Origin: SAR86 cluster bacterium AG-313-D11
GTDB taxonomy: Bacteria > Pseudomonadota > Gammaproteobacteria > Magnimaribacterales > D2472
Assembly (NCBI GenBank): GCA_003284215.1
Contig: QBVW01000001.1
Location: 150,127-214,126, forward strand
DNA: 64,000 bases
Reading direction: 5' to 3'
Shown here: in pieces, positions 8,064 through 15,792 of the stretch
How the letters are laid out: each line of letters opens with the position of its first letter
Numbering within the stretch: position 1 is the stretch's first letter
Program-made: the position numbers and the translations under genes
The notes under the pieces: generated by a model
What the model was told of the DNA's origin: nothing
Databases searched by the model: none
Seen by the model: only the letters and a program-made list of their open reading frames with translations

Positions 8064-10367
8064 ATGAAAATTAATAATTTTGCTTTTTTACTGTTAGCCA
8101 CTTTTTCAATCAACACCTTGTTCGCTGATGATATGGATGAAATTGTCGTAAGCTCGGCTTTCATTGATAAGCCTGCCAGCGAGTTGGCTGACCCAATTCA
8201 TATATTAAGCGGCGATGATATTGCAACTGAAGCCACCCAGAGTTTAGGCGAAAGCATAGATGATTTATTGGGCGTTTCTTCAGCAGATTATGGCTCCGCA
8301 GTCGGTCAGCCAATCATTAGAGGGATGTCAGGTACAAGAGTTAAAGTCCTGGACAATGGCATGGTTAATCGGGATGTTTCAGGCCTTGGTGCTGATCATC
8401 TTAATGACGTTGACATGAGTAATGTGCAGCAAATAGAGGTTGTTAGAGGGCCGTCATCTCTACTCTATACTAACGGAACAGTTGGCGGCATCGTCAATAT
8501 TGTTGATAACTCTATAGCCATGCAAGATGTAGAGCGATTATTTAAAGTTGGGGCTGAATCACAATCGGTTAATGATGGGGACAGCCAAAGCTTTTTTTAT
8601 CAAGATAATGTTGGCGGCAATATAAACGTTAGCCTTGCATATAAAAATACTTCTCTTGGAAATTTTGATGTGCCTAACGGAGCAATTATGCATGAAGAAG
8701 AAGAGCATCATGATGAAGATGAAGACCATGATGATCACGAAGAAGAGGAGCATGAGGAGCATGAAGAAAACTTAGGCTTCTTGGCAAATTCTGATTTTGA
8801 ATCAGAGTCATTTAAATTTGGTGCATCCACTACAGGTGACTGGGGTTATCTTGGAGTTTCATTGGCAAGCATTGAAAGCATGTATGGAATCCCATATCAC
8901 GGTGAAGGTCATGGTGGGCATGGTGATGAGCATGGTGATGAGCATGGTGATGAGCATGGTGAAGAAGAAGAGGGCCACGATGAGCATGAGGGCGAAAGAA
9001 TTTTTAGCAGTACCGATTCTGAGAAATTTGATATCAGAGGATCTTTCAATATTGCCGGTGATTTAGTAAAAAAAGTTGATTTTTTTATGCGAGATACTGA
9101 TTACTCATTCACTGAGCAACATGCTGAAGAAGCGCATGAAGAAGAAGAGGATCATGACGAGGATCATGACGAGGAGCATGACGAGCATGAAGGCCATTCC
9201 GAAGGACCAACCACCTTCACAAATGATGCGATAGAAGCAGGAGCTATCTTTGATTTATCAAATTCTTTAGTTTCTCAAAAATTTGCTATCAACTTTGTGA
9301 ATGAGGATACTTCCGTTATTGGAGCAGAGGCATTTATGACTCCTGCATCAAGAGACGAGCTTACATTTGGTTATTATTTGAGCCGAAGTTTTGATTCTTT
9401 CGATTTAGATTTTGGTGTGAGATATGACATGATTGATAACGAAGGGTCTATAGTATCAGAGCATCATGATGAAGAAGAGCATCACGATGAGGATGAAGAT
9501 CACGAGGAAGAAGATCATGATGAGCATGAGGAAAGTGAAGTCGCTTATTACGATCAATCTTTTAACAATTCTAGTATTGCCTTAAATATTGGAAGAGATC
9601 TTAATGATTTCCTCAGTGTTGATTTTGGGTTTTCTTCAGTAGAAAGAGCCCCTTCAACTACTGAAATGTTTATGAATGGAGCGCATTTAGCAACCGCTAG
9701 ATTTGAGGTTGGTAATGTAAATTTAGATTCAGAAACATCTAATAATATAGATTTCACTCTTAACATGAAAAATGGCAGCTTTTTTGCTAAAGCTTCTGTA
9801 TTTATGAATGATGTTGATAATTACATTTATCTTCAAGATGAAACTGAAGAAGAGCATGAAGAACATGATGAAGAGCATGAAGAAGGCCATGATGATCATG
9901 GAGGTTTAATTCTTGCGAATTATCTTCAACAAGATGCTGAATTAGATGGTTATGAGATTGAATTTGGCAACACCATGGACTTAGGTTCTGGCGAGTTAAC
10001 TCTATCATTTGGAAGAGATGAAGTTTCTGGAGAGTTTTCTAATGGTGGAAATATTCCTCGATTAAACCCAGCTCGAAATATTTTTAAACTGAAATATTCC
10101 CAAGATAATACAATTTTTGGATTGATGTTTAAGGATGTTGAAAAACAGAATGACATAGGGCTTGCTGAGACTAATACAGATGGCTATCAAATGTTGAATG
10201 CTAAATTATCTAGAAGTTTTGATTTTGGCGGCCAAGGAGACTTGACTGTTTCATTGTTTGGAAACAACTTGCTAGATGAGATTGCTAGGAATCATTCCTC
10301 ATATGTTAAAACTCAGGTGCCTTTACCTGGAAAAAATTACGGTATTAGGTTTAACCTAACATTCTAA
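8064..10367 (+). CDS. TonB-dependent outer-membrane receptor with five His/Asp/Glu-rich insertions (767 aa)
   Basis: AGGAGG SD; signal peptide ...NTLFA/DD; TonB-box-like DEIVVSS; plug (IEVVRGPSSLLYTNGTVGGIVNIV); ERAP...GNVNLDSE (FRAP/NPNL-type) region; C-terminal ...IRFNLTF. H/D/E tracts at aa 210-235, 279-311, 353-379, 466-491 and 593-613. Confidence 0.9.
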   Translation: MKINNFAFLLLATFSINTLFADDMDEIVVSSAFIDKPASELADPIHILSGDDIATEATQSLGESIDDLLGVSSADYGSAVGQPIIRGMSGTRVKVLDNGMVNRDVSGLGADHLNDVDMSNVQQIEVVRGPSSLLYTNGTVGGIVNIVDNSIAMQDVERLFKVGAESQSVNDGDSQSFFYQDNVGGNINVSLAYKNTSLGNFDVPNGAIMHEEEEHHDEDEDHDDHEEEEHEEHEENLGFLANSDFESESFKFGASTTGDWGYLGVSLASIESMYGIPYHGEGHGGHGDEHGDEHGDEHGEEEEGHDEHEGERIFSSTDSEKFDIRGSFNIAGDLVKKVDFFMRDTDYSFTEQHAEEAHEEEEDHDEDHDEEHDEHEGHSEGPTTFTNDAIEAGAIFDLSNSLVSQKFAINFVNEDTSVIGAEAFMTPASRDELTFGYYLSRSFDSFDLDFGVRYDMIDNEGSIVSEHHDEEEHHDEDEDHEEEDHDEHEESEVAYYDQSFNNSSIALNIGRDLNDFLSVDFGFSSVERAPSTTEMFMNGAHLATARFEVGNVNLDSETSNNIDFTLNMKNGSFFAKASVFMNDVDNYIYLQDETEEEHEEHDEEHEEGHDDHGGLILANYLQQDAELDGYEIEFGNTMDLGSGELTLSFGRDEVSGEFSNGGNIPRLNPARNIFKLKYSQDNTIFGLMFKDVEKQNDIGLAETNTDGYQMLNAKLSRSFDFGGQGDLTVSLFGNNLLDEIARNHSSYVKTQVPLPGKNYGIRFNLTF
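8901..8969 (+). repeat. 12-bp in-frame tandem repeat GGTGATGAGCAT (GDEH) inside the receptor gene
   Basis: Three perfect units at 8922-8957, flanked by degenerate units (GGTGAAGGTCAT, GGTGGGCAT, GGTGAAGAAGAA). Confidence 0.85.
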
Positions 10368-10390
10368 TTTCTTTAAAATAGGGTTTAAGA

Positions 10391-10428
10391 ACCGGAAACT
10401 GTTCACAAATGGTTTCCGGTTTTTTTAT
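10391..10428 (+). terminator. Rho-independent terminator after the first TonB receptor
   Basis: Perfect 10-bp stem AACCGGAAAC / GTTTCCGGTT followed by TTTTTTT. Confidence 0.8.
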
Positions 10429-10433
10429 TTTTA

Positions 10434-10467
10434 AAATACGTATAATCATTAAAAATTATTAATTATC
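10434..10467 (+). promoter_or_regulatory. Possible Fur-box-like AT-rich operator overlapping a TATAAT -10
   Basis: AATACGTATAATCATTAAA matches the 19-mer GATAATGATAATCATTATC at 13/19 by my count. TATAAT at 10441-10446, 28 nt before the receptor ATG. Background is AT-rich, so weak. Confidence 0.25.
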
Positions 10468-10473
10468 TGTTGC

Positions 10474-13065
10474 ATGAACTTGAGAATTTTACTTCCATTT
10501 TTTATTTTCACCTTTGCAAACAATTTGGTCTTAGCCCAAGACACCGAAGAAATTATTTCAGTTGCTTCATATATAGAATCTAGTGAATTTAATGCATCAC
10601 CTGTAGATATTATTTCAGGGGAAGACTTTAAAAATTTGAGAGTATCCTCTGTAGCTGAGCTAAGCAAGTACCTGAGCATTGCCTCAGGTTCTAACTTTCA
10701 AACCAATGCTTTGGATGGTGTAGATCAGGGCATGGCAAACATCACTTTGCGTGGAATGGATCACGCATCAACCCTTGTGTTAATTAATAAAAAACGTCAG
10801 ACACATTCTGGGACACCTTCTGACGAAGGTGAGGGCTATATCGATATAAATATTATTCCTGAAATAGCCCTTAACAGAATAGAGATTCTCAAAGATGGAG
10901 CCACTTCACTTTATGGCTCCGATGCTGTGGCAGGAGTGATCAATTTTCAAACCTATCAACAATTTACCGGAATGCGGCTTGCGCTTGGCAGTCAGAAAAC
11001 TAGTAACTATGATCAAAGAGACAATTCTTTAGGTGCGCTTTTTGGAGGCGAGGTTTTTGGAGGAAACTATGTATTTGCATTAAGCTCTTTAAATAAATCC
11101 CCTCTAAATGCTGCAAGAATTCCCAAATTTGCTGAATTGGGTCTAAGCGGTCTGGGGAATAGCTTTAAAGTTACTCAAGCAGATTCAGTAGCTTCTGGTA
11201 TATATGCCGGAAGTTATAACAAAAATCAAACAGTGCCTGATCCAAATTGTGTTGATAACGGAGGGGTGTTGGCTGGACCTAGATGTAAATTCTTATATGG
11301 CGAAAGGTTTAATATAGTTAATGATGAGGATCACTTGAAAGGATATCTTCATTTTACAAGATCTAATAAAAAGATTGATTATTCAGCCACTGTGCTAATA
11401 GCCAAAATTGATGTGAATGACAATCCACAATCCCCATCTTATCCAGCTCTGTCATATTTATCTAAGAAAATTTTGCCAGGGCAGGGAGGCAGTCCATTCA
11501 ATGTACCAGTGATTTGGTATGGCAGACCTTTAGGTTCTGCTTTCCCATCACCCAATTCACCCAAGGCTATCTTCCAATATCATTTCAGCAATAGATTAAT
11601 TTTTGATATTTCTCAAAATTTAGATTTTGAACTATCTCTAACTGCTAGTGAACATGAGAATAAGCACAATCGACCAGATACTATAGAATCAAGGTTTGAG
11701 GCTGCAATTTTGGGCGCAGGTGGTCCAAATAGAAATGAGCAGTGGAATATATTTTTACCTTTAGAAAATTCAGCAACTTTGATTGATTACATAAAGGGCT
11801 CTGAGACTTCAACTAAGACTGGCAGCCTTATATCCTTGGATGGAATTTTGAGAGGCAAGAAGAATGGAGCGAACTTTGCTTTAGGTTTTCAATTTAATTC
11901 TGAGGATTTGCGAATCGATTATTCTGAAATGAGTAGAGTGGCATTTGATTCTTTTGGAAAATTAACTAAAGGCGCAGATTTGTTATTTCTAGGGGGTGGG
12001 ACAAACGTTAGTACGAACAGAAAAAAACAAGCTATTTTCTTTGAAGCAAATAAAAATTTTGGCGATGCATTGGACTTAATTTTATCTGGTCGCTATGAAA
12101 AACAAGATAATGAATCATCATTTGACCCAAAATTTTCATTTAAGTATTCAGTCTCAAGAGCTTTTTTATTGAGGGGTTCTATCGGCACCTCTTTTACAGC
12201 TCCTTCGATGGCTCAAATGTTTTCCTCCGAGATTCGGCTTGGAAGTGTAAGAGATATAAATGATTCACCATTTGTTCGTTTAGCAGTTTTAGGAAATCCA
12301 GACTTAAAGCCGGCAACTTCAGAAAATATAACTTTGGGATTTGTATGGGATATTACAGATGAGCTTGATTTAACTTTAGGTTATTGGGCAATTAATTATA
12401 AAAATAGAATTGAAGCAGAGAGCGCTCAAGTTTTGTTAAACACCAATCCTTATGCAGCCAGCGTAACAAGAAATCAGTTTGGAGAACTGATAGCCGTTAG
12501 TACTTCATATTTCAATGAAGAAAAAACAGAAATCAATGGCATAGACGCAGAGATAAATTTTCTTAAAGTCACTAAATATGGAGACTTAAAGTATTCCATT
12601 CAGGCAACTCAATTTTCTGAATTTATAACTCCTGAGGATAATAATATTGGAGATCAGGAATTGCGCTCAATGATGGTCAATAGAGTGGGGAAGTTCAATT
12701 ATGACGCCCATACCCATTCACTACCTAAAATACGATTGAATACATTTTTAAGCTGGACAATAAATGATTTGTTATTAGGAATGAATACAAGATATGTCGA
12801 AGGATATTCAAATGATCGTCAGATACCTGCATCTGCTATCAGCCTTGGCTATACAAATTATGTAAAATCATTTTTAGTGCATGACTTTTCAGTGAAAAAA
12901 TCTTTTCAGCTTTCATTGGGTGAAATGAAGATAGGTCTTGGAATTATCAATGCTTTTGATAAGAAAGCTCCATTACTATATGACGCTCCTGACTTTAGTT
13001 TTGATACAAGAGTTCATGATCCAAGGGGACGTTTAATAAATATTACTGCAGAATTCAATCTTTAA
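10474..13065 (+). CDS. TonB-dependent outer-membrane receptor (863 aa)
   Basis: Signal peptide ...NNLVLA/QD; TonB box EEIISVASY; plug (IEILKDGATSLYGSDAVAGVINF); GNPDLKPATSEN motif; long beta-barrel-type sequence. Confidence 0.9.
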   Translation: MNLRILLPFFIFTFANNLVLAQDTEEIISVASYIESSEFNASPVDIISGEDFKNLRVSSVAELSKYLSIASGSNFQTNALDGVDQGMANITLRGMDHASTLVLINKKRQTHSGTPSDEGEGYIDINIIPEIALNRIEILKDGATSLYGSDAVAGVINFQTYQQFTGMRLALGSQKTSNYDQRDNSLGALFGGEVFGGNYVFALSSLNKSPLNAARIPKFAELGLSGLGNSFKVTQADSVASGIYAGSYNKNQTVPDPNCVDNGGVLAGPRCKFLYGERFNIVNDEDHLKGYLHFTRSNKKIDYSATVLIAKIDVNDNPQSPSYPALSYLSKKILPGQGGSPFNVPVIWYGRPLGSAFPSPNSPKAIFQYHFSNRLIFDISQNLDFELSLTASEHENKHNRPDTIESRFEAAILGAGGPNRNEQWNIFLPLENSATLIDYIKGSETSTKTGSLISLDGILRGKKNGANFALGFQFNSEDLRIDYSEMSRVAFDSFGKLTKGADLLFLGGGTNVSTNRKKQAIFFEANKNFGDALDLILSGRYEKQDNESSFDPKFSFKYSVSRAFLLRGSIGTSFTAPSMAQMFSSEIRLGSVRDINDSPFVRLAVLGNPDLKPATSENITLGFVWDITDELDLTLGYWAINYKNRIEAESAQVLLNTNPYAASVTRNQFGELIAVSTSYFNEEKTEINGIDAEINFLKVTKYGDLKYSIQATQFSEFITPEDNNIGDQELRSMMVNRVGKFNYDAHTHSLPKIRLNTFLSWTINDLLLGMNTRYVEGYSNDRQIPASAISLGYTNYVKSFLVHDFSVKKSFQLSLGEMKIGLGIINAFDKKAPLLYDAPDFSFDTRVHDPRGRLINITAEFNL

Positions 13066-13072
13066 AAAAACA

Positions 13073-13105
13073 TGAAGGGTCTATACAAGACCCTTCACCA
13101 TTTTT
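13073..13105 (+). terminator. Rho-independent terminator after the second TonB receptor
   Basis: Stem TGAAGGGTC / GACCCTTCA with 7-nt loop, then ...TTTTT. Confidence 0.7.
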
Positions 13106-13265
13106 AGGGGGAAAGTACGCTAAGCATTGGTATGAATATGTATTCAATTTCTTAGGGGGAAAGAATGAATACCTAGCGCACATAAATATAAATGCAATTT
13201 TTATGCCAAAAACATACTACTCAACTGAGCAAATATATTTTTTTAATCGAATGGAGCTAAGGAAA

Positions 13266-13319
13266 AATGGTGCCGGCACCAAGAGTTGAACTCGGGACCT
13301 GATGATTACAAATCAACTG
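13266..13319 (-). repeat. Orphan copy of the 3' half of tRNA-Thr(UGU) (attR-like or tRNA pseudogene fragment)
   Basis: 54/54 identity with 14262-14315 (tRNA positions ~25-76 plus 2 nt of flank). The 5' half of the tRNA is missing or degenerate. Confidence 0.9.
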
Positions 13320-13357
13320 TGTATACCTTTTAAGCCTTTAGATACAACGTTTATGCC

Positions 13358-13383
13358 TGACTACAGAAAAATATCTGTAGTCA
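13358..13383. promoter_or_regulatory. Perfect 9-bp inverted repeat TGACTACAG-N8-CTGTAGTCA (operator-like or hairpin)
   Basis: Read directly. A third half-site TGACTACAA lies at 13408-13416. All sit upstream of ORF 13443. Confidence 0.4.
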
Positions 13384-13442
13384 ATATTGGTTAATCTGAC
13401 TGCTATATGACTACAAAAGGTTAATTTTTATTACTTTTATTA

Positions 13443-13682
13443 ATGTATGATTTGAGTATGCCTAACATAAACTATTATGAAGAATCGGACACTTTATTTA
13501 ATGTAATTGTTAACACTGATTATGCTACCTATAATTTCTTAATTAATACTGACGATGTCCCTCTAATTCAAGACTGCCATGTTCTTGATAAGAGTGACGA
13601 TGAGCCTAAAAGTTATGAATTTAAATCACAGGCTCATGCCTGGATTCTTTTTAACAATAAAGTCAAAACCTATTCTCACTAG
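13443..13682 (+). CDS. Hypothetical small acidic protein (79 aa)
   Basis: Open frame in AT-rich DNA where stops are frequent; first of three packed ORFs. No SD and no recognisable motif. Confidence 0.45.
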   Translation: MYDLSMPNINYYEESDTLFNVIVNTDYATYNFLINTDDVPLIQDCHVLDKSDDEPKSYEFKSQAHAWILFNNKVKTYSH

Positions 13683-13691
13683 TTTCAGATA

Positions 13692-14099
13692 ATGAGTAAG
13701 GAAATTAATGTTGATGTATATTGCGCTAGTATTATTGGCGTTTTGCAGTATCTTTTAAAAGAAGGAGAGGAAAGTGCTAAATCTGTAGCAAAAGAATTTG
13801 CAGATGGTAAGGACCCTATTCTTGCTGAAGAGTTTCTTATGGGTGCAAAATCACTCGCTGAAAAATTATCTAAAACTAATCACACATCAGAAGAAATCCT
13901 TCCCTTAATTCCTTTGTATATAAAATTCTTAAGGAAATTCAACTCTGACTTTACGCCAAAATCATTTTTGAAGAAAACCTTTCGAGGCTCAATATTTAGC
14001 AAATCTCAAATTAATAATTTGCATGAGTCCGAAAAAAGAGTTTTGGCATTCCTCCTAAGATGCTTAAGTGGAATGGCAGACGAGGATTGGTTCAGATAA
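13692..14099 (+). CDS. Hypothetical, probably all-helical protein (135 aa)
   Basis: 135-codon open frame starting 9 nt after the previous stop; no family recognised. Confidence 0.6.
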   Translation: MSKEINVDVYCASIIGVLQYLLKEGEESAKSVAKEFADGKDPILAEEFLMGAKSLAEKLSKTNHTSEEILPLIPLYIKFLRKFNSDFTPKSFLKKTFRGSIFSKSQINNLHESEKRVLAFLLRCLSGMADEDWFR

Positions 14100-14101
14100 T
14101 T

Positions 14102-14251
14102 ATGCTGAAGACTTTTTTTGAAATTCTTTTAATACTGCCTGTAATTATTTTCATTCTACCCGGATACAACAATTGGAGTGAGGAAATTCCTAGACTAATT
14201 AATTGGTACGCTTGGATTGGAATTCCATATCTTATTTTTTTTATTTTTTAA
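14102..14251 (+). CDS. Small hydrophobic two-TM peptide (49 aa from ATG 14102; ORF track starts at 14060)
   Basis: MLKTFFEILLILPVIIFILPGYNNWSEEIPRLINWYAWIGIPYLIFFIF has two hydrophobic segments. ATG lies 2 nt after the upstream stop. Confidence 0.5.
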   Translation: MLKTFFEILLILPVIIFILPGYNNWSEEIPRLINWYAWIGIPYLIFFIF

Positions 14252-14263
14252 AAGATATTTGAA

Positions 14264-14339
<76 letters not shown>

Positions 14340-14456
14340 AAAGATCGAAATTTTACATCAATAAATTGAATGTTGGAAGTTGAATAATTTTTGCACTAAT
14401 TTAGTTTCAATATATGGGTATAATTTAATCATTATTAAATTACTAAGAGAAAACTT

Positions 14457-15191
14457 ATGAAAAAAATATTTTTATTATTTACTTTGGTACTAAGTTTTGG
14501 AGTATCAGCTGATGATCATTTGCCAGCTAATTATTCTATGTACCAAACAAATTTTTTGTTTAACTGTCCTGAGCCGGAGCAATGCTTTGCTGCTTTTGAT
14601 AAGTACATGTCAGCACCTGAGGTAGCAGCAGAGAATTTTGAAGTAGATTTTTTTGCCGTTCAACAAAATGGGTGGGACGATTCAACTCATGGCATTAGTT
14701 GGTACTTTCTTGATGAAGATCAATACGCCAAGTCTGGTCAAATCTATACAACATCTCAAGCTGGAAGAGATTTTAGAAAAATGATGAATGATATAGGTGC
14801 TGAAATTATCTCGGATACCTTAACTGTTCATTCAATCGGTGTAACTATTGCTGGAGACGCAGCTACAAATGTTGTAACTCTGCGTTGGAGTCATGAGATT
14901 ACTAATCCTACAAAGTTCGTTCCGCTTTGGAGCAAATTTGCAAAAAGTATTGAAGAATATGATTGGTCTGCAAATGCATATGGTTTGCAATCTCATTTAT
15001 TAGGCAATAATGGAAATGGAATCACTCATGAGATATGGGCATCATTTAGCTCACCACAGGACGCATTAAAATTTTTAAAAGGAATGTATGGATCTAAAGA
15101 GTTTGCAAAGTTTTCACCTGAAGCAAGCAAATATGGAACTTTTAAAAGATCTTACATGGAGGTAAGTCTTAAGCAATATAATCCTGATTAA
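14457..15191 (+). CDS. Secreted protein of unknown function, apparent two-domain internal repeat (244 aa)
   Basis: Signal peptide MKKIFLLFTLVLSFGVSA/DD. The two halves share G..THxI.W..F...Y...F.K pattern. Confidence 0.75.
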   Translation: MKKIFLLFTLVLSFGVSADDHLPANYSMYQTNFLFNCPEPEQCFAAFDKYMSAPEVAAENFEVDFFAVQQNGWDDSTHGISWYFLDEDQYAKSGQIYTTSQAGRDFRKMMNDIGAEIISDTLTVHSIGVTIAGDAATNVVTLRWSHEITNPTKFVPLWSKFAKSIEEYDWSANAYGLQSHLLGNNGNGITHEIWASFSSPQDALKFLKGMYGSKEFAKFSPEASKYGTFKRSYMEVSLKQYNPD

Positions 15192-15209
15192 TTGATCTAA
15201 GCAAAACAA

Positions 15210-15236
15210 ATGGCCTCATTGGAGGCCATTTTTTTA
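15210..15236. terminator. Bidirectional terminator between convergent genes
   Basis: Stem ATGGCCTC / GAGGCCAT with 4-nt loop, A-run upstream and T-run downstream. The T-run overlaps the msrA stop codon. Confidence 0.7.
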
Positions 15237-15788
15237 TGCTTGAAATTCGCAACCTGTACCACCTATACCGCAATAACCATTTGGATTCTTGTCTAAATAT
15301 TGTTGATGATATTCTTCGGCAAAGAAATATGGTTGATTGCTTTTTATTTCCGTTGTAATAACACCCAGACCCTTTTCTTGAAGAGCTTTTTGATATTGAT
15401 CCATGCTGGCTTTTACCGTCCCCAGAGAATCTTCATTATCGCAATAACAAACTGATCGATATTGACTTCCAACATCATTACCTTGCCTCATCCCTTGCGT
15501 TGGATCATGGCACTCCCAGAAAATTTTTAATAAATTTAATAATGGAATCTTTAGAGGGTCATAGTCAATTTTTATGACTTCTGCATGACCCGTGATTCCA
15601 GCACACACAAGCTCATAGGTAGGATCAGAATGATCCCCACCTGCATAGCCAACTGAAGTCATTATCACTCCCGGCAAGGACCAAAACTTTCTTTCTACCC
15701 CCCAAAAACAACCTGCACCAAATACTATAGAATCGATGGCAGGGGATTGATTGTGATTAATTTCTGTTTTAAAAATTGTATGAATCAT
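15234..15788 (-). CDS. msrA: Peptide methionine (S)-sulfoxide reductase
   Basis: Active-site motif GAGCFWGVE and conserved HDPTQ...QG.D.G.QYRS. Confidence 0.93.
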   Translation of the reverse strand: MIHTIFKTEINHNQSPAIDSIVFGAGCFWGVERKFWSLPGVIMTSVGYAGGDHSDPTYELVCAGITGHAEVIKIDYDPLKIPLLNLLKIFWECHDPTQGMRQGNDVGSQYRSVCYCDNEDSLGTVKASMDQYQKALQEKGLGVITTEIKSNQPYFFAEEYHQQYLDKNPNGYCGIGGTGCEFQA

Positions 15789-15792
15789 TGAT

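Noticed and set aside
8559-10156. Track ORFs inside the His-rich receptor gene: 8559-8762(-), 8797-9066(+), 9554-9766(-), 9802-10008(-) and 9950-10156(-).
   Set aside because: These are alternative-frame or antisense readings of GAA/GAT/CAT low-complexity DNA (for example MVMSMVMSMVMSMV). The receptor frame explains the whole region.
10449-10679. 76-aa minus-strand ORF across the start of the second TonB receptor.
   Set aside because: It is antisense to a well-supported receptor N-terminus (signal peptide and TonB box), and has no start context.
13443-13682. Weak resemblance of ORF1 (…FLINTDDVPLIQDCHV…) to the D-x-E-D…W region of phage AP2/HNH-associated DNA-binding proteins.
   Set aside because: The match is too short and degenerate to support from memory alone, so it is not used for annotation.
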